DNA from: Gemmatimonadales bacterium | Lineage (GTDB): Bacteria; Gemmatimonadota; Gemmatimonadetes; Gemmatimonadales; GWC2-71-9 | DNA: 64,000 nucleotides | Assembly: GCA_044221045.1 (NCBI GenBank) | Contig: JBGAPX010000003.1 | Location: 1 to 64,000, forward strand | Reading direction: 5' to 3' | Part shown: positions 45,758 through 55,037 of the stretch, in pieces | Numbering within the stretch: position 1 is the stretch's first letter | Layout: each line of letters starts with the position of its first letter | Position numbers and translations under genes: made by a program | Notes under the pieces: model-generated | Seen by the model: the letters and a program-made list of their open reading frames with translations, nothing else | Told to the model about the DNA's origin: nothing | Databases searched by the model: none

Positions 45758-46897
45758 ATGCTAGCATCTGCCGTTCCCACGACGTACGACCGGATGCAGG
45801 CGCAGCTGCCGCTGGCACGCACCATCGGCGCGCTGGCGGAGCGGGAGTGGGGAGGGCAGCGACCCACCGTGATCATCGGGCGCCATCCGTCCCTCGAGGA
45901 CGCGCTGCAGCGGGCGGAGAAGTACTCCAAGGCGTCGAGCCCGATCCTGCTCACCGGAGAGACCGGCACGGGCAAGGAGCTGTTCGCCCAGGCCATTTAC
46001 CTGCTCTCCAACCGCGCCCACGGACCCTACATCAGCGTCAACTGCGCCCAGTACCATGAGTCCCACCTCATGGCCAGCGAACTGTTCGGGCACCGCAAGG
46101 GGAGCTTCACCGGCGCGGTGGCCGACCATCGCGGCATCTTCGAGGAGGCGGACGGGGGCGTGGTGTTCCTGGACGAGATCGGGGAGCTCTCGGCCCAGGC
46201 CCAGGCCATGCTGCTGCGGGCGCTGAGCGAGGGCGAGATCATGCCGGTGGGCGCCACCCGGCCCAAGCGGGTGAATGTCCGCGTCATCGCGGCGACCAGC
46301 CGGGACCTGTCGGTCATGATCGAGCAGGGGACCTTCCGCCCCGACCTGTACTACCGCCTGCGTCACCTGCGGATCTGCGTGCCGCCGGTGCGGGCTCGGG
46401 GGACGGACTGGGGGCTCATCACGCAGCACTTCCTGGCGGAGCAGCGGGATCAGAGCGAGATCGACAAGCGCTTCTCGTTGCGGGCCCAGGACCTGCTGGC
46501 GGCCTATCACTGGCCGGGCAACGTACGCGAGATCCGCAGCGTGGTGGACACCGGGTTCCACATGAGCGACAAGACCATCATCGAGCCCTCCGACTTCGCG
46601 GAGGCGCTCGAGCGGGTCACCAGCGTGGCGGAGTTCTCGCGGGCCCTCGCCGCTACGGAGGTCGCCGTCCGGTTCGAGCGGATGGTGGGAGGCGGCGAGA
46701 CCTTCTGGGAGGTGGTGCACCGGCCGTACCTCGACCGCCAGATCAGCCGCGACGACGCCCGCGCCATCGTGAGTCGGGGACTCGACCAGACACGCGGGAG
46801 CTTCAAGCGGTTGCTGCCGCTGTTCCACATCCGTCCCGAAGAGTATCTCCGCTTCATGGATTTCCTTCGCCACCAGCGCCTGAAGCCCGAGCCCTGA
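45758..46897 (+). CDS. Sigma-54-dependent transcriptional activator (AAA+ domain), lacking an N-terminal receiver domain.
   Basis: Walker A ILLTGETGTGKELFA. GAFTGA-type motif (GSFTGA). Walker B VVFLDEIGEL. R-finger region. RBS GGAG 5 nt upstream of the ATG. Confidence 0.85.
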   Translation: MLASAVPTTYDRMQAQLPLARTIGALAEREWGGQRPTVIIGRHPSLEDALQRAEKYSKASSPILLTGETGTGKELFAQAIYLLSNRAHGPYISVNCAQYHESHLMASELFGHRKGSFTGAVADHRGIFEEADGGVVFLDEIGELSAQAQAMLLRALSEGEIMPVGATRPKRVNVRVIAATSRDLSVMIEQGTFRPDLYYRLRHLRICVPPVRARGTDWGLITQHFLAEQRDQSEIDKRFSLRAQDLLAAYHWPGNVREIRSVVDTGFHMSDKTIIEPSDFAEALERVTSVAEFSRALAATEVAVRFERMVGGGETFWEVVHRPYLDRQISRDDARAIVSRGLDQTRGSFKRLLPLFHIRPEEYLRFMDFLRHQRLKPEP

Positions 46898-46911
46898 CCC
46901 CCGGAGGTCCC

Positions 46912-48144
46912 GTGCCCGAACCACACGCGGACGGCGTCGCGGTGTATTGCGACTACGCGGCCACCACGCCGGTCCATCCCGAAGTGCTCGAGGCCATGGC
47001 GCCGTACTTCCACGGCGGTTTCGGCAACCCCTCGAGCGCGCACCACTTCGGCCGCCGCGCGCGGGCCGCGCTGGAAGACGCTCGCGCCCGCCTCGCGGCC
47101 GCGCTCGAGGCCGAGCCCGACGAGATCGTCTTCACCGGCGGCGGGACCGAGGCGGACAACCTCGCCATCCTGGGCGTCAGCCGCGGGCTCGCACGCGCGG
47201 GAGCCCGGCCCTTCGTCTGTTGCTCGCCCATCGAGCACAAGGCCGTGCTCGCCGCGGTCGAGCGGGCGGCGGCCGCCGGCGCCCGCACGGCGCTGCTCCC
47301 GCTGCGACCCACCGGCGTCGTCGACCTCGCCGGCTTCGATGCCCTGGCCCCGTCGGCCCCCGGACTCTGTTCCCTCATGTGGGTGAACAACGAAGTCGGG
47401 ACGCTGCAGCCGGTGCCGGCGCTCGTCGCGCGCTGCCGTGCCCGCGGGCTGCTCTGCCACACCGACGCCGTGCAGGCCTTCGGCAAGCTCCCGATCAGCG
47501 TCCGGCAGACGCCGGTCGACCTGCTCTCGCTGTCCGGCCACAAGATCGGGGCCCCCAAGGGCGTTGGCGCCCTCTACCTGCGGCGCGGTACCCCGATCGA
47601 GCCGATGGTGGTCGGAGGCGGCCAGGAGTCCGGGCTGCGTCCCGGTACCGAGAACGTCGCCTTCGCCATCGGGCTGGCCCGGGCGGCGGAGCTGGCGCTG
47701 GCGGACCGGGACCGGGAACAGGCCCGACTGGGCGAATTGCGCGACGGCTTCGAGGCGGCCCTCCGCGCCTGCTGCCCCGAGGTCCAGGTGCACGGCGCCG
47801 CGGGCGACCGGGTCCCCTACATCTCCAGCCTGGCCCTGCCGAACCCCTCGGGGCAGTCGCCCACGGTGCTGCTCGACCAGCTGGGCGTGGCCTGTTCCGC
47901 CGGGTCGGCCTGTTCCGCCCGCTCCCCGAAGCCCTCCCACGTGCTGACGGCCATGGGAGTGAGTACGGAGGTGGCCCGCAACACGGTGCGGGTCAGCTTC
48001 GGGCGCGAGACCACCAGCGCCCACGTCGACCGCCTGGTCGCAGCCATGATCGATGTCATCGCCCAGCTGCGGGACGCCCCCGCACCGCTCACGGGCGACT
48101 GGAACCAGGTCGAGCCCGAATCCCGTGAGGTCCTCGCGCGCTGA
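46912..48144 (+). CDS. Cysteine desulfurase (NifS/IscS family, class V aminotransferase).
   Basis: VYCDYAATTPVHPEVLEAM...GNPSSAHHFGRRA...LSGHKIGAPKGVGALYLRRG (PLP-lysine motif SGHK). Active-site Cys region GSACSA. Confidence 0.85.
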   Translation: MPEPHADGVAVYCDYAATTPVHPEVLEAMAPYFHGGFGNPSSAHHFGRRARAALEDARARLAAALEAEPDEIVFTGGGTEADNLAILGVSRGLARAGARPFVCCSPIEHKAVLAAVERAAAAGARTALLPLRPTGVVDLAGFDALAPSAPGLCSLMWVNNEVGTLQPVPALVARCRARGLLCHTDAVQAFGKLPISVRQTPVDLLSLSGHKIGAPKGVGALYLRRGTPIEPMVVGGGQESGLRPGTENVAFAIGLARAAELALADRDREQARLGELRDGFEAALRACCPEVQVHGAAGDRVPYISSLALPNPSGQSPTVLLDQLGVACSAGSACSARSPKPSHVLTAMGVSTEVARNTVRVSFGRETTSAHVDRLVAAMIDVIAQLRDAPAPLTGDWNQVEPESREVLAR

Positions 48145-48244
48145 TGGCGAGGGTCACAGCGGTCTCTTGCGCGGGCGGGGACGACTCCCCACCTTCCTGC
48201 CCCATTTGCCGTTCCGGCCCTCGACCCATGTTCCGTCACCAGCC

Positions 48245-48652
48245 ATGACCACGACGACCGACGACATCCTGCTCGAAACCCCATCCCTCCTGGTCCGCCG
48301 GGATCCGCTCAAGGGCCGCGGGGTGTACGCCGCCCGGGCCATCGCCGAGGGGGAGATCCTCGACCTCGCCCCGGTCTCGATCATCACGACCGCGGAGGCC
48401 GAGCTGCTGGAGCGCACCCCCCTGGCGCACCACTACTTCCATTGGGATGGGGACGAGGCCAACGAGGCGGAGTGGCGCGGGGCGATCGCCTACGGGCTGG
48501 TGAGCCTGGTGAACCACGCCGAGGAGGCCAACGCGGGCGTGTGGCCTGAATACGAGCGGGAACTGGTGGTGCTCGAGGCGCTGCGGCCCATCGCGGCCGG
48601 CGAGGAGATCACCATCCACTACGACGTGGAACTCTGGTTCGACGCGGTCTAG
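48245..48652 (+). CDS. SET-domain protein (putative protein lysine methyltransferase).
   Basis: GRGVYAARAIAEGEIL..., NHAEEANA (NHSxxPN-like) and GEEITIHY, the SET signature order. Internal Met start chosen. Confidence 0.65.
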   Translation: MTTTTDDILLETPSLLVRRDPLKGRGVYAARAIAEGEILDLAPVSIITTAEAELLERTPLAHHYFHWDGDEANEAEWRGAIAYGLVSLVNHAEEANAGVWPEYERELVVLEALRPIAAGEEITIHYDVELWFDAV

Positions 48653-49368
48653 CGATTCTCCGCCAGCACCTGCCGCGCCACCTCCTGCAGTCGGCGCACC
48701 GCCCCGGCGCCGATCTCCGGGTGGCCCGGCACCGCGGCGGGGAGCATCACGGGATCGGCGCCGGTGAGCACCGCCACCAGCACCACCGCCGCCAGGTACG
48801 TCCCCGCCACCGAGGGGTGGAAGCCATCCCCTGAGGCCACGCCCGGGCTGGGCGCCGCGGTGAGCGCCAGCCGCCAGCCGGCGCCCACCGGCGCGAACCG
48901 CCCCGCCACCGCGCGCGCCGCGTCCCGGTAGTTCACCCGCGCATCCTCCGTCGCCGCCACCCGCTCCACCCCCGGCCAGACCATGTAGAGCACCGGCTCC
49001 GCCCCGGCCTGCCGGACGAGCGGGGCCCACTGCCGCGTCCACTCGATCAGGTGCACGCGACTGTCGGGCTGGGTCGAGGGCCCCTGCTGCAGCACCACGA
49101 AGTCCCACCGCGCCGCCTGCAGCCGCGCCCGCGCCGACCCTTCCGCCATCAGGTCCTCGAGCGACGCGTTGGGCAGCGCCACCATGTCGGTGACAGGCCG
49201 CGGCACCCCCGCCTGCTCCGCGACCGCGGCGACCATCGCGGGGAGGTCGTTGACGTAGGTGAACGAGTTGCCGAGGAACAGGATCCGGGCCGGCTCGGCG
49301 GGCGCGCCATCGGCTGGGGCCTGGCAGCCGAGGAGCGTGAGGCAGAGCGAGAGGAGGGCGAAGGGCAT
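48649..49368 (-). CDS. SGNH/GDSL-type hydrolase lipoprotein.
   Basis: Lipobox LTLLGCQA. ILFLGNSFTY (GDS(L)-like block I). DxxH near the C-terminus (GDGFHPS). Confidence 0.7.
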   Translation of the reverse strand: MPFALLSLCLTLLGCQAPADGAPAEPARILFLGNSFTYVNDLPAMVAAVAEQAGVPRPVTDMVALPNASLEDLMAEGSARARLQAARWDFVVLQQGPSTQPDSRVHLIEWTRQWAPLVRQAGAEPVLYMVWPGVERVAATEDARVNYRDAARAVAGRFAPVGAGWRLALTAAPSPGVASGDGFHPSVAGTYLAAVVLVAVLTGADPVMLPAAVPGHPEIGAGAVRRLQEVARQVLAENR

Positions 49369-49432
49369 GCGCCAAACTACGGCGCCGCCCGCCGCCAGGC
49401 GTGTTCGAGTCCGGTAAGCCGCGCACGGCGGC

Positions 49433-50278
49433 TCAGTCGTCCCCGCCGCCCTCGTGGTCGCTGGCCGAGCGGTGACAGCGGACGCAGTCGGCGAGGTTGC
49501 GGATCCCTTCCTCGCGGTGCTCGCCCAGGATGTTCTGCGGGGTGTGCTCGTGGCAGCCGTAGCAGGTGTAGCTGCGGTAGCTGCCGGGCTGGTCGTGGCA
49601 GGTGGCGCAGCGGGCGTTGTGGTCGCGGTCGAGCACGAAGTACCGCTCATGGGCGAAATCGGCGGGCGACCAGGCGCGGGTGGTGTGGCAGTCGGCGCAG
49701 CTGGCGGCGGCGTCCGCATGGAGGCCGTCGTCGGGGCGGTCGGAGTCGTGGCAGGCGGCGCAGCGGCGCGTCCCGGCGTAGCGCTGGTGGTCGAACTGCG
49801 CCGGGGTCCACGCCTCGGTGGTGTGGCAGTCGCCGCACTCGCCGGGGAGCCGCTCGTGGGTGGCGTCGGCGGGGCGGCTGGCCTCGTGGCAGGTGCCGCA
49901 GCGCTGGCGGTCGGCGGCGGCGAGGCCGTCGTGCGCGAAGGGCCGCGTGGCCCGGGCCGGGTCGGCGCCGGCATGGTCGGTGTGGCACGCCAGGCAGTCG
50001 GCGGCGCCGGGCGAGCGGTGCAGTCCCACCAGACCCGGCCGCGGTTCCCACCCGGCCGGGCGGACGGTGCGCGCGAGCCCGATGCTGTCGGGGGCGTGGC
50101 AGGCGGTGCAGCGCGCGGCCGGCGTGCCCTGGAATGGTGCGTGGCAGCCGAGGCAGTCGGCGGCGATGGCCGCGTGACCGGCCACCAGCGGGCCCGGGTT
50201 GAGGGCGGAGGCGGGGGTGAGCAGGGCGAGCGCGGTGCCGAGCACCAGGGTCAGCAGGAAGACGGTCCGGGCGCGCAT
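49433..50278 (-). CDS. Deca-haem c-type cytochrome.
   Basis: Ten CxxCH motifs (CLGCH, CTACH, CLACH, CGTCH, CGDCH, CAACH, CADCH, CATCH, CYGCH, CVRCH) after a signal peptide. Confidence 0.8.
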   Translation of the reverse strand: MRARTVFLLTLVLGTALALLTPASALNPGPLVAGHAAIAADCLGCHAPFQGTPAARCTACHAPDSIGLARTVRPAGWEPRPGLVGLHRSPGAADCLACHTDHAGADPARATRPFAHDGLAAADRQRCGTCHEASRPADATHERLPGECGDCHTTEAWTPAQFDHQRYAGTRRCAACHDSDRPDDGLHADAAASCADCHTTRAWSPADFAHERYFVLDRDHNARCATCHDQPGSYRSYTCYGCHEHTPQNILGEHREEGIRNLADCVRCHRSASDHEGGGDD

Positions 50279-50281
50279 GGG

Positions 50282-50833
50282 CTACCAGTCCCGCAGCACG
50301 ACGACGCTCAGGATGTGCACCAGCGCGAGGGCCACGAAGACGGCGTTGAGCGGCATGTGGATCACCCGCCACTGCCGCATGAGGTCCACGGTGGTGGCGT
50401 CGAGGAGGCGGTTGTCCTCCGGCTCGGGCCGGGCCTCCTGCGCCTTGAGGGTATCGACCGCGCGGCGGAGCAGCACCGCGCCGGTGATGCCGCTCGCCAC
50501 GACGATGAGCATGGCCGCGAGCGCGAGCCACGGCAGGATCGCGTTGAAGTGAATGCCGCTGTGCAGGATGATGCAGAGGGTGCCGAGCCAGCCCAGGGTC
50601 TCATGCAGCTCGAGCAGCCGCTTGGGCGAGCCGGTGCGGAGCAGCTTCCGCTTGCGGAGCGAGTAGAGGAACGAGACGATGACCAGCAGGGTCCCGACGG
50701 GCCCGAGGTACCACCCGATGGCGGCCAGGCCGGCGAGGTGCAGGGCGTAGTCGAATGCGATCCCGGCGAGGATCAGGCCCAGGAAGAGTGCGGCGTTGGG
50801 CAGCAGCTGTCGGACCACGAGCGAGCGGTGCAT
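50282..50833 (-). CDS. Four-helix integral membrane protein; candidate cytochrome partner (b-type or DUF4405-like).
   Basis: Four hydrophobic helices with conserved His (HLAG, HSGIH, VHIL). Its stop lies 4 bp from the cytochrome start. Confidence 0.5.
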   Translation of the reverse strand: MHRSLVVRQLLPNAALFLGLILAGIAFDYALHLAGLAAIGWYLGPVGTLLVIVSFLYSLRKRKLLRTGSPKRLLELHETLGWLGTLCIILHSGIHFNAILPWLALAAMLIVVASGITGAVLLRRAVDTLKAQEARPEPEDNRLLDATTVDLMRQWRVIHMPLNAVFVALALVHILSVVVLRDW

Positions 50834-50896
50834 CGGCGGAAGCCTCCGGGACGTGGCCCAAGGCTAGTCCCGGTGGATGAACCCACGATGAGCGCG

Positions 50897-51742
50897 CTAG
50901 CGTCCCTCCACCAGGACGCCCAGCGGCACCTTGCGCCAGCCGCGCCAGGCCTGCCAGTCGCCGGCGGGTGCGCGCACGGCGAGCTGGGCCGAGATGCCGC
51001 CGTCGAGCGCGACCGCGCGCCGGCAGCCCTCATCCCGCAGCAGCCGCGCGGTCTCCGCGAGGGTGAGGCCGAAGGGGATCGCGCCGCCGGCCTCGCCCAG
51101 GCCGTCGAAGCGGGTCAGCAGCACCAGGAGGCGGCCGTCGGCCAGGTGGCAGATGGCGAGGCGCGCGTCCCGATGGGTGATGCCCACGCCGCTCCCCGGC
51201 GTAGTGAGCGCCGCCGGCACCTCGCCCTCGCCGACGAGCAGGGCGGGGTAGGACTGGAACGCGAGCGCGATCCCCCCGGCGGCGCGCACGGCGGCGATGC
51301 TGTCCGGCGGCAGGAAGCGCACGCCGCCGGCGCTATCCACGGCCACCGCCTGCGAGAGGGGGCCGCTCCCCGGCGGGCGGAGCTCCACGCCGTCCATCAC
51401 GGTCCAGCCCCAGGGCGCGATGCCGCTGAACTGGCCGGCATTGAACGCGGCGAGCGCGGTGGCGGGCGCGCTGTCGACCGTCCACACGCCCTGGTCGAAC
51501 CCGGCGCTGAGCCGGGGTTGCAGCCGCAGGCGCACCCGCACCGGGTCGAGCCGGAGCAGGCGCAGCTCGGTCCAGCGACCCTCACCCGCCGCCGCGACCG
51601 TGCGATCCCCCAGCTCGACGCCGGGGCGCACCGCCCGCCACCGGGTGACGCCCGCCGTGGCGGGCGCGCGGCTCCCCGCGCCGGTAAAGAGCAGCAACGC
51701 TCCCCCCAGCGCGGCGAGCAGCAGGCTCCGGCCGGTGGTCAC
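50897..51742 (-). CDS. Phosphodiester glycosidase family (DUF2233) protein, secreted.
   Basis: Signal peptide. NAGQFSG...GWTVMDG and ALDGGIS resemble DUF2233 / NAGPA motifs. Confidence 0.55.
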   Translation of the reverse strand: MTTGRSLLLAALGGALLLFTGAGSRAPATAGVTRWRAVRPGVELGDRTVAAAGEGRWTELRLLRLDPVRVRLRLQPRLSAGFDQGVWTVDSAPATALAAFNAGQFSGIAPWGWTVMDGVELRPPGSGPLSQAVAVDSAGGVRFLPPDSIAAVRAAGGIALAFQSYPALLVGEGEVPAALTTPGSGVGITHRDARLAICHLADGRLLVLLTRFDGLGEAGGAIPFGLTLAETARLLRDEGCRRAVALDGGISAQLAVRAPAGDWQAWRGWRKVPLGVLVEGR

Positions 51743-52455
51743 CCGAGCCCCACGGCCTTGAGCCGCTCACGCAGCTCACGCTTCTTCGCGTCGACGGCCT
51801 GCTTCTCCTTGTCGGCCAGGCCGGCACGATTGCCCGCGTTGAGGTAGGTGAAGATCAGCTCCTTGAACTGGGCGTAGTCCGTGAGCGACATCCCCGCCGC
51901 CCGCGCGCCGGCCTCCTCCGGATTGCCCGCCGGCTGCCGCTGCATGGCCTGCTGCTCGGCGGTGGGCTGGGCCGGCGCGGCGCAGGCGGCCTGGATGCGC
52001 GCCTGCATCTCGTTGGCCAGCACCGCCATCCGCTGCCCGATCTGGGAGGCCTTGGCGTAGTCGCCCTTGTCGGCGGCTTCCTTCCCCTGGGCCTCGAGCC
52101 GCTGCAGCTCGGGCCACGCGGGGTCGCTGGCCTTCTTGTCCTCGAAACATTGCGATTGCTGCGAGGAGGCGTTGCGCGCCGCCTCCTCCCGTTCGTGCCG
52201 CAGCCGTTCCTGCTCCGCCTGCTGCTGGCGCACGGTGGCCTCGGCCTTGAGCCCGGCGAGCAGGTGGTCAACGGATTCGGGAGTGGCCTCCGGCCCGGCC
52301 ATCCGGGCCGGCTGGTCGGTGGACTGGATGCCCGCGGCCTGGGTGGCCTTCTCCTTGGCCTTCCGGGTGAGGCCGCCGAGCTGGGCCTCCGCGGGCTGGG
52401 CAACGAGGGACAGGGCGACCAGCAGGCTGGTCAGGGCGAGCGAACGGCCGAACAT
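51739..52455 (-). CDS. Secreted coiled-coil hypothetical protein.
   Basis: Signal peptide MFGRSLALTSLLVALSLVAQPAEA, then Ala/Glu/Gln-rich helical sequence. Internal Met start chosen. Confidence 0.45.
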   Translation of the reverse strand: MFGRSLALTSLLVALSLVAQPAEAQLGGLTRKAKEKATQAAGIQSTDQPARMAGPEATPESVDHLLAGLKAEATVRQQQAEQERLRHEREEAARNASSQQSQCFEDKKASDPAWPELQRLEAQGKEAADKGDYAKASQIGQRMAVLANEMQARIQAACAAPAQPTAEQQAMQRQPAGNPEEAGARAAGMSLTDYAQFKELIFTYLNAGNRAGLADKEKQAVDAKKRELRERLKAVGLG

Positions 52456-52752
52456 GGTGCGGCTCCGAGGAATGGGTGACGGGCGAAAGGTACTCAACCA
52501 CATCACCCGCAGGTCACCCCCGGATCACCCGGGGTGATGAGGGGTAAGCCCATGACGATTAAAGACATAGGATAAACACCCTCGAGCGGTTGGCCGGCGC
52601 TTTCGGGGGCTGGCTGGCGCCGGTTCTGACCCGCTCGATCAGCGATCGTGATGGCGCCGTGACGCCGCGTGGCGTGATTCACCCCCGTGCCGAAGTCCCG
52701 GGTGCTCCGCCCGGACCTGGCCGGCCATGCGGAACCGAGACGGGAGTAAGCG

Positions 52753-53355
52753 ATGCTCCTCATTGCCCTGGCCGGATCGCCCGGCCCGACCCCGAGTCCG
52801 TTGTTGCTGCTAGCGGGCGCGGGAGCCGTCAGCGCGGTGGGATGGGCCACGCTGGCGGTAGCCAGGTCACATGCCAGGCTCCGGACCGAGCTCGAGGAGT
52901 ACAAGGAATCCCAGCGGCCGGCGCCGGCAGCGGCCCCGCCGGGACACCCGCGGCGACCGAGTGCGCCGACCTTTGGTGCGCTGTACCAGGCGCGCCCATC
53001 CCCGATCGCCGGCCTGGGTGAGCATCCTTGGACACTTCCCCTGGTCGGGGGCGGCGCCTGCATCATGCTGACCCTGCTGCTCGGCTTCTCGAGCCGGCAG
53101 GCGGCCCCTGAGGGTGCGGACCCGTCGCGGGAGGTCGCGGCGGTCCGCAATGCGCTCGACTCGGTTGCGAGCCGAGTGAAGCTCCTGGAGGATTCACTGC
53201 AGAGGCTGCGGACCGTTCCGGTTGCCGCCCCCGCGCGTACCACGCTCGCGGCGCGGACGCCGCGCCAGTCGGCGGAGATCCCGCCGGCGCCCGTCCTTCC
53301 TCCCGCGCCCACCATCCGCCCCGCGCCGGCCACGCCCTCCAGCATCACGCCGTGA
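52753..53355 (+). CDS. Hypothetical membrane-anchored protein.
   Basis: Good RBS (GGGAGTAAgcgATG). Two hydrophobic segments and a helical region ELEEYKESQ / VKLLEDSLQRL. The overlapping minus ORF looks spurious. Confidence 0.4.
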   Translation: MLLIALAGSPGPTPSPLLLLAGAGAVSAVGWATLAVARSHARLRTELEEYKESQRPAPAAAPPGHPRRPSAPTFGALYQARPSPIAGLGEHPWTLPLVGGGACIMLTLLLGFSSRQAAPEGADPSREVAAVRNALDSVASRVKLLEDSLQRLRTVPVAAPARTTLAARTPRQSAEIPPAPVLPPAPTIRPAPATPSSITP

Positions 53356-53469
53356 GGCCGGCGCGACGCGGCCGCTGGTTTCGGAGGGTTCGAGACGGAA
53401 CATCCAAACCGGGAGGCGACGGGCCTCGTAGGTGCCCGGGTCCCGTCCACGCCACTTCCCGGAGGCTCC

Positions 53470-54519
53470 ATGCTGACTCGCCGTCGGCCGTTGCTGCTGT
53501 GCGTCCTGCTCCTCGGCACATCCCTCCCCGCCGCCGCCCAGCAGGGCGCCCCCACGATGGTCCTCCCCTGGGCGAGCCAGCGGGCGGGGGTGCGGCAGAC
53601 CATCGGGCTCACCGACATCTCGATCGACTACAGTCGTCCGGCGGTGAAGGGCCGCAAGGTCTGGGGCGACCTGGTCCCCTTCGACTCGGTCTGGCGCGCG
53701 GGCGCCAACATGAACACGGTGCTGGCGGTGACCTCGCCGTTCACGGTGGGGGGCACGCGGCTGGCGGCGGGGCGGTACGGGCTGCACACCATCCCGGGCC
53801 CGCAGGAGTGGACGATCATCCTCAACCGGGAGGCGGAGAACTGGGGCAGCTTCAGCTATGACGCGACGCGCGACGCGCTGCGCTTCACGGTGACGCCGCA
53901 CCCCGCCGACCACGTCGAATTCCTGCAGTACACCCTCGACGCCCCCGGCGACTCCTCGGTGACGGTGACGCTGCGCTGGGAGAAACTGGCAGTGGCCTTC
54001 CCGCTTGGCGTGCCCACCAACGAGGTGGTCCTCGACAGCCTGAGCCACCAGCTGGCGGGGATCCAGCAGTTCTGGCCCACCGGGTGGCTCGAGGCGGCGC
54101 GCTGGGCGCTGGCGCACAACACGGGGCTGGACCGCGCCGCGGCGTGGGCGGACCGCGCCGTCGCCATCCAGCCGAGCTTCGCGACGCTGCGGACCAAGGC
54201 GGCGGTGCTGGAGCGGCAGGGACGGAAGGCGCAGGCCGATTCGCTGCGCGCGCGGGCGCTCACGCTGGCCACCGAGGCGGACGTGAACGTGCTGGGCTAC
54301 CAGTACCTGGGCGAGCGGAAGGTGGACGAGGCGATCGCGCTCTTCCGGCAGAACGTGCGCGACTACCCGCGGTCGTGGAACGTCTACGACAGCCTGGCGG
54401 AGGCGCTGGCGGTGAAGGGGGAGAAGAAGGACGCGCTGGCCAACTACCAGAAGGCGCTCGACCTGGCGCCGCCGGGCCAGCACGCCCGGATCCGGGCGGC
54501 GATGGCGGCGCTGCGGTAG
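53470..54519 (+). CDS. DUF2911 family protein with C-terminal TPR repeats, secreted.
   Basis: Signal peptide. DISIDYSRPAVKGRKVWGDLVPFDSVWRAGAN is the DUF2911 signature. C-terminal TPR-like sequence (NVYDSLAEALAVKGEKKDALANYQKALDL). Confidence 0.7.
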   Translation: MLTRRRPLLLCVLLLGTSLPAAAQQGAPTMVLPWASQRAGVRQTIGLTDISIDYSRPAVKGRKVWGDLVPFDSVWRAGANMNTVLAVTSPFTVGGTRLAAGRYGLHTIPGPQEWTIILNREAENWGSFSYDATRDALRFTVTPHPADHVEFLQYTLDAPGDSSVTVTLRWEKLAVAFPLGVPTNEVVLDSLSHQLAGIQQFWPTGWLEAARWALAHNTGLDRAAAWADRAVAIQPSFATLRTKAAVLERQGRKAQADSLRARALTLATEADVNVLGYQYLGERKVDEAIALFRQNVRDYPRSWNVYDSLAEALAVKGEKKDALANYQKALDLAPPGQHARIRAAMAALR

Positions 54520-54540
54520 GACCGGTCGGGAGCGGGGCGC

Positions 54541-54870
54541 TCAGCCGTTGAAGAGCTTCTTCCGGCTGTGCGCCTCCTTCTCCAGGCGGCCGCACATCAG
54601 CTCGCAGAGCCTGAGCACGTCGTTGTCGGCCAGGCGGTAGTAGGTGCTGACGCCGTCCTTGCGCCGCTCCACGAAGCCGGCGGCGTGGAGCAGCTGCAGG
54701 TGCTTGGAGACGTTGGCCTGGCCGAAGCCGGTCAGGGTGAGGATCTCCGAGACGTTCCGCTCGCCGGCCTTGAGCGCCTGGAGGATCTCCAGGCGCGAGG
54801 GCTCGGCCAGCGCCTTGAAGCGATCGGCGATGTGGAGCAGCTGGTCCTGGGTCAGTGCCTTGCCGGCCAT
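54541..54870 (-). CDS. ArsR/SmtB-family metalloregulator.
   Basis: LAEPSRLEILQALKAGERNVSEILTLTGFGQANVSKHLQLLHAAGFV is an ArsR-type winged helix. C-terminal Cys pair (LCELMCG). Confidence 0.8.
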   Translation of the reverse strand: MAGKALTQDQLLHIADRFKALAEPSRLEILQALKAGERNVSEILTLTGFGQANVSKHLQLLHAAGFVERRKDGVSTYYRLADNDVLRLCELMCGRLEKEAHSRKKLFNG

Positions 54871-55037
54871 GGGATCGGGGCAGTCCCCGCGGTTGATGAC
54901 CATATAATGATGTAGTGAAAGCGGGCCGCCCGGCAACCGGCCCCCGTCCGCGGCCGTGGGCGGGGGTTGACGTGTTGTATATATGACTATATGGTTATAT
55001 GGTCTTTCGCAAGGGGCTGACGCCCCGGGTCGCCGCC
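54871..55037. promoter_or_regulatory. Divergent promoter/operator region between the arsR-like gene and the RND efflux operon.
   Basis: AT-rich catataatgatgtag; TTGACG-N17-TATATA; direct repeats tatatgac / tatatggt / tatatggt that could serve as an operator. Confidence 0.5.
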
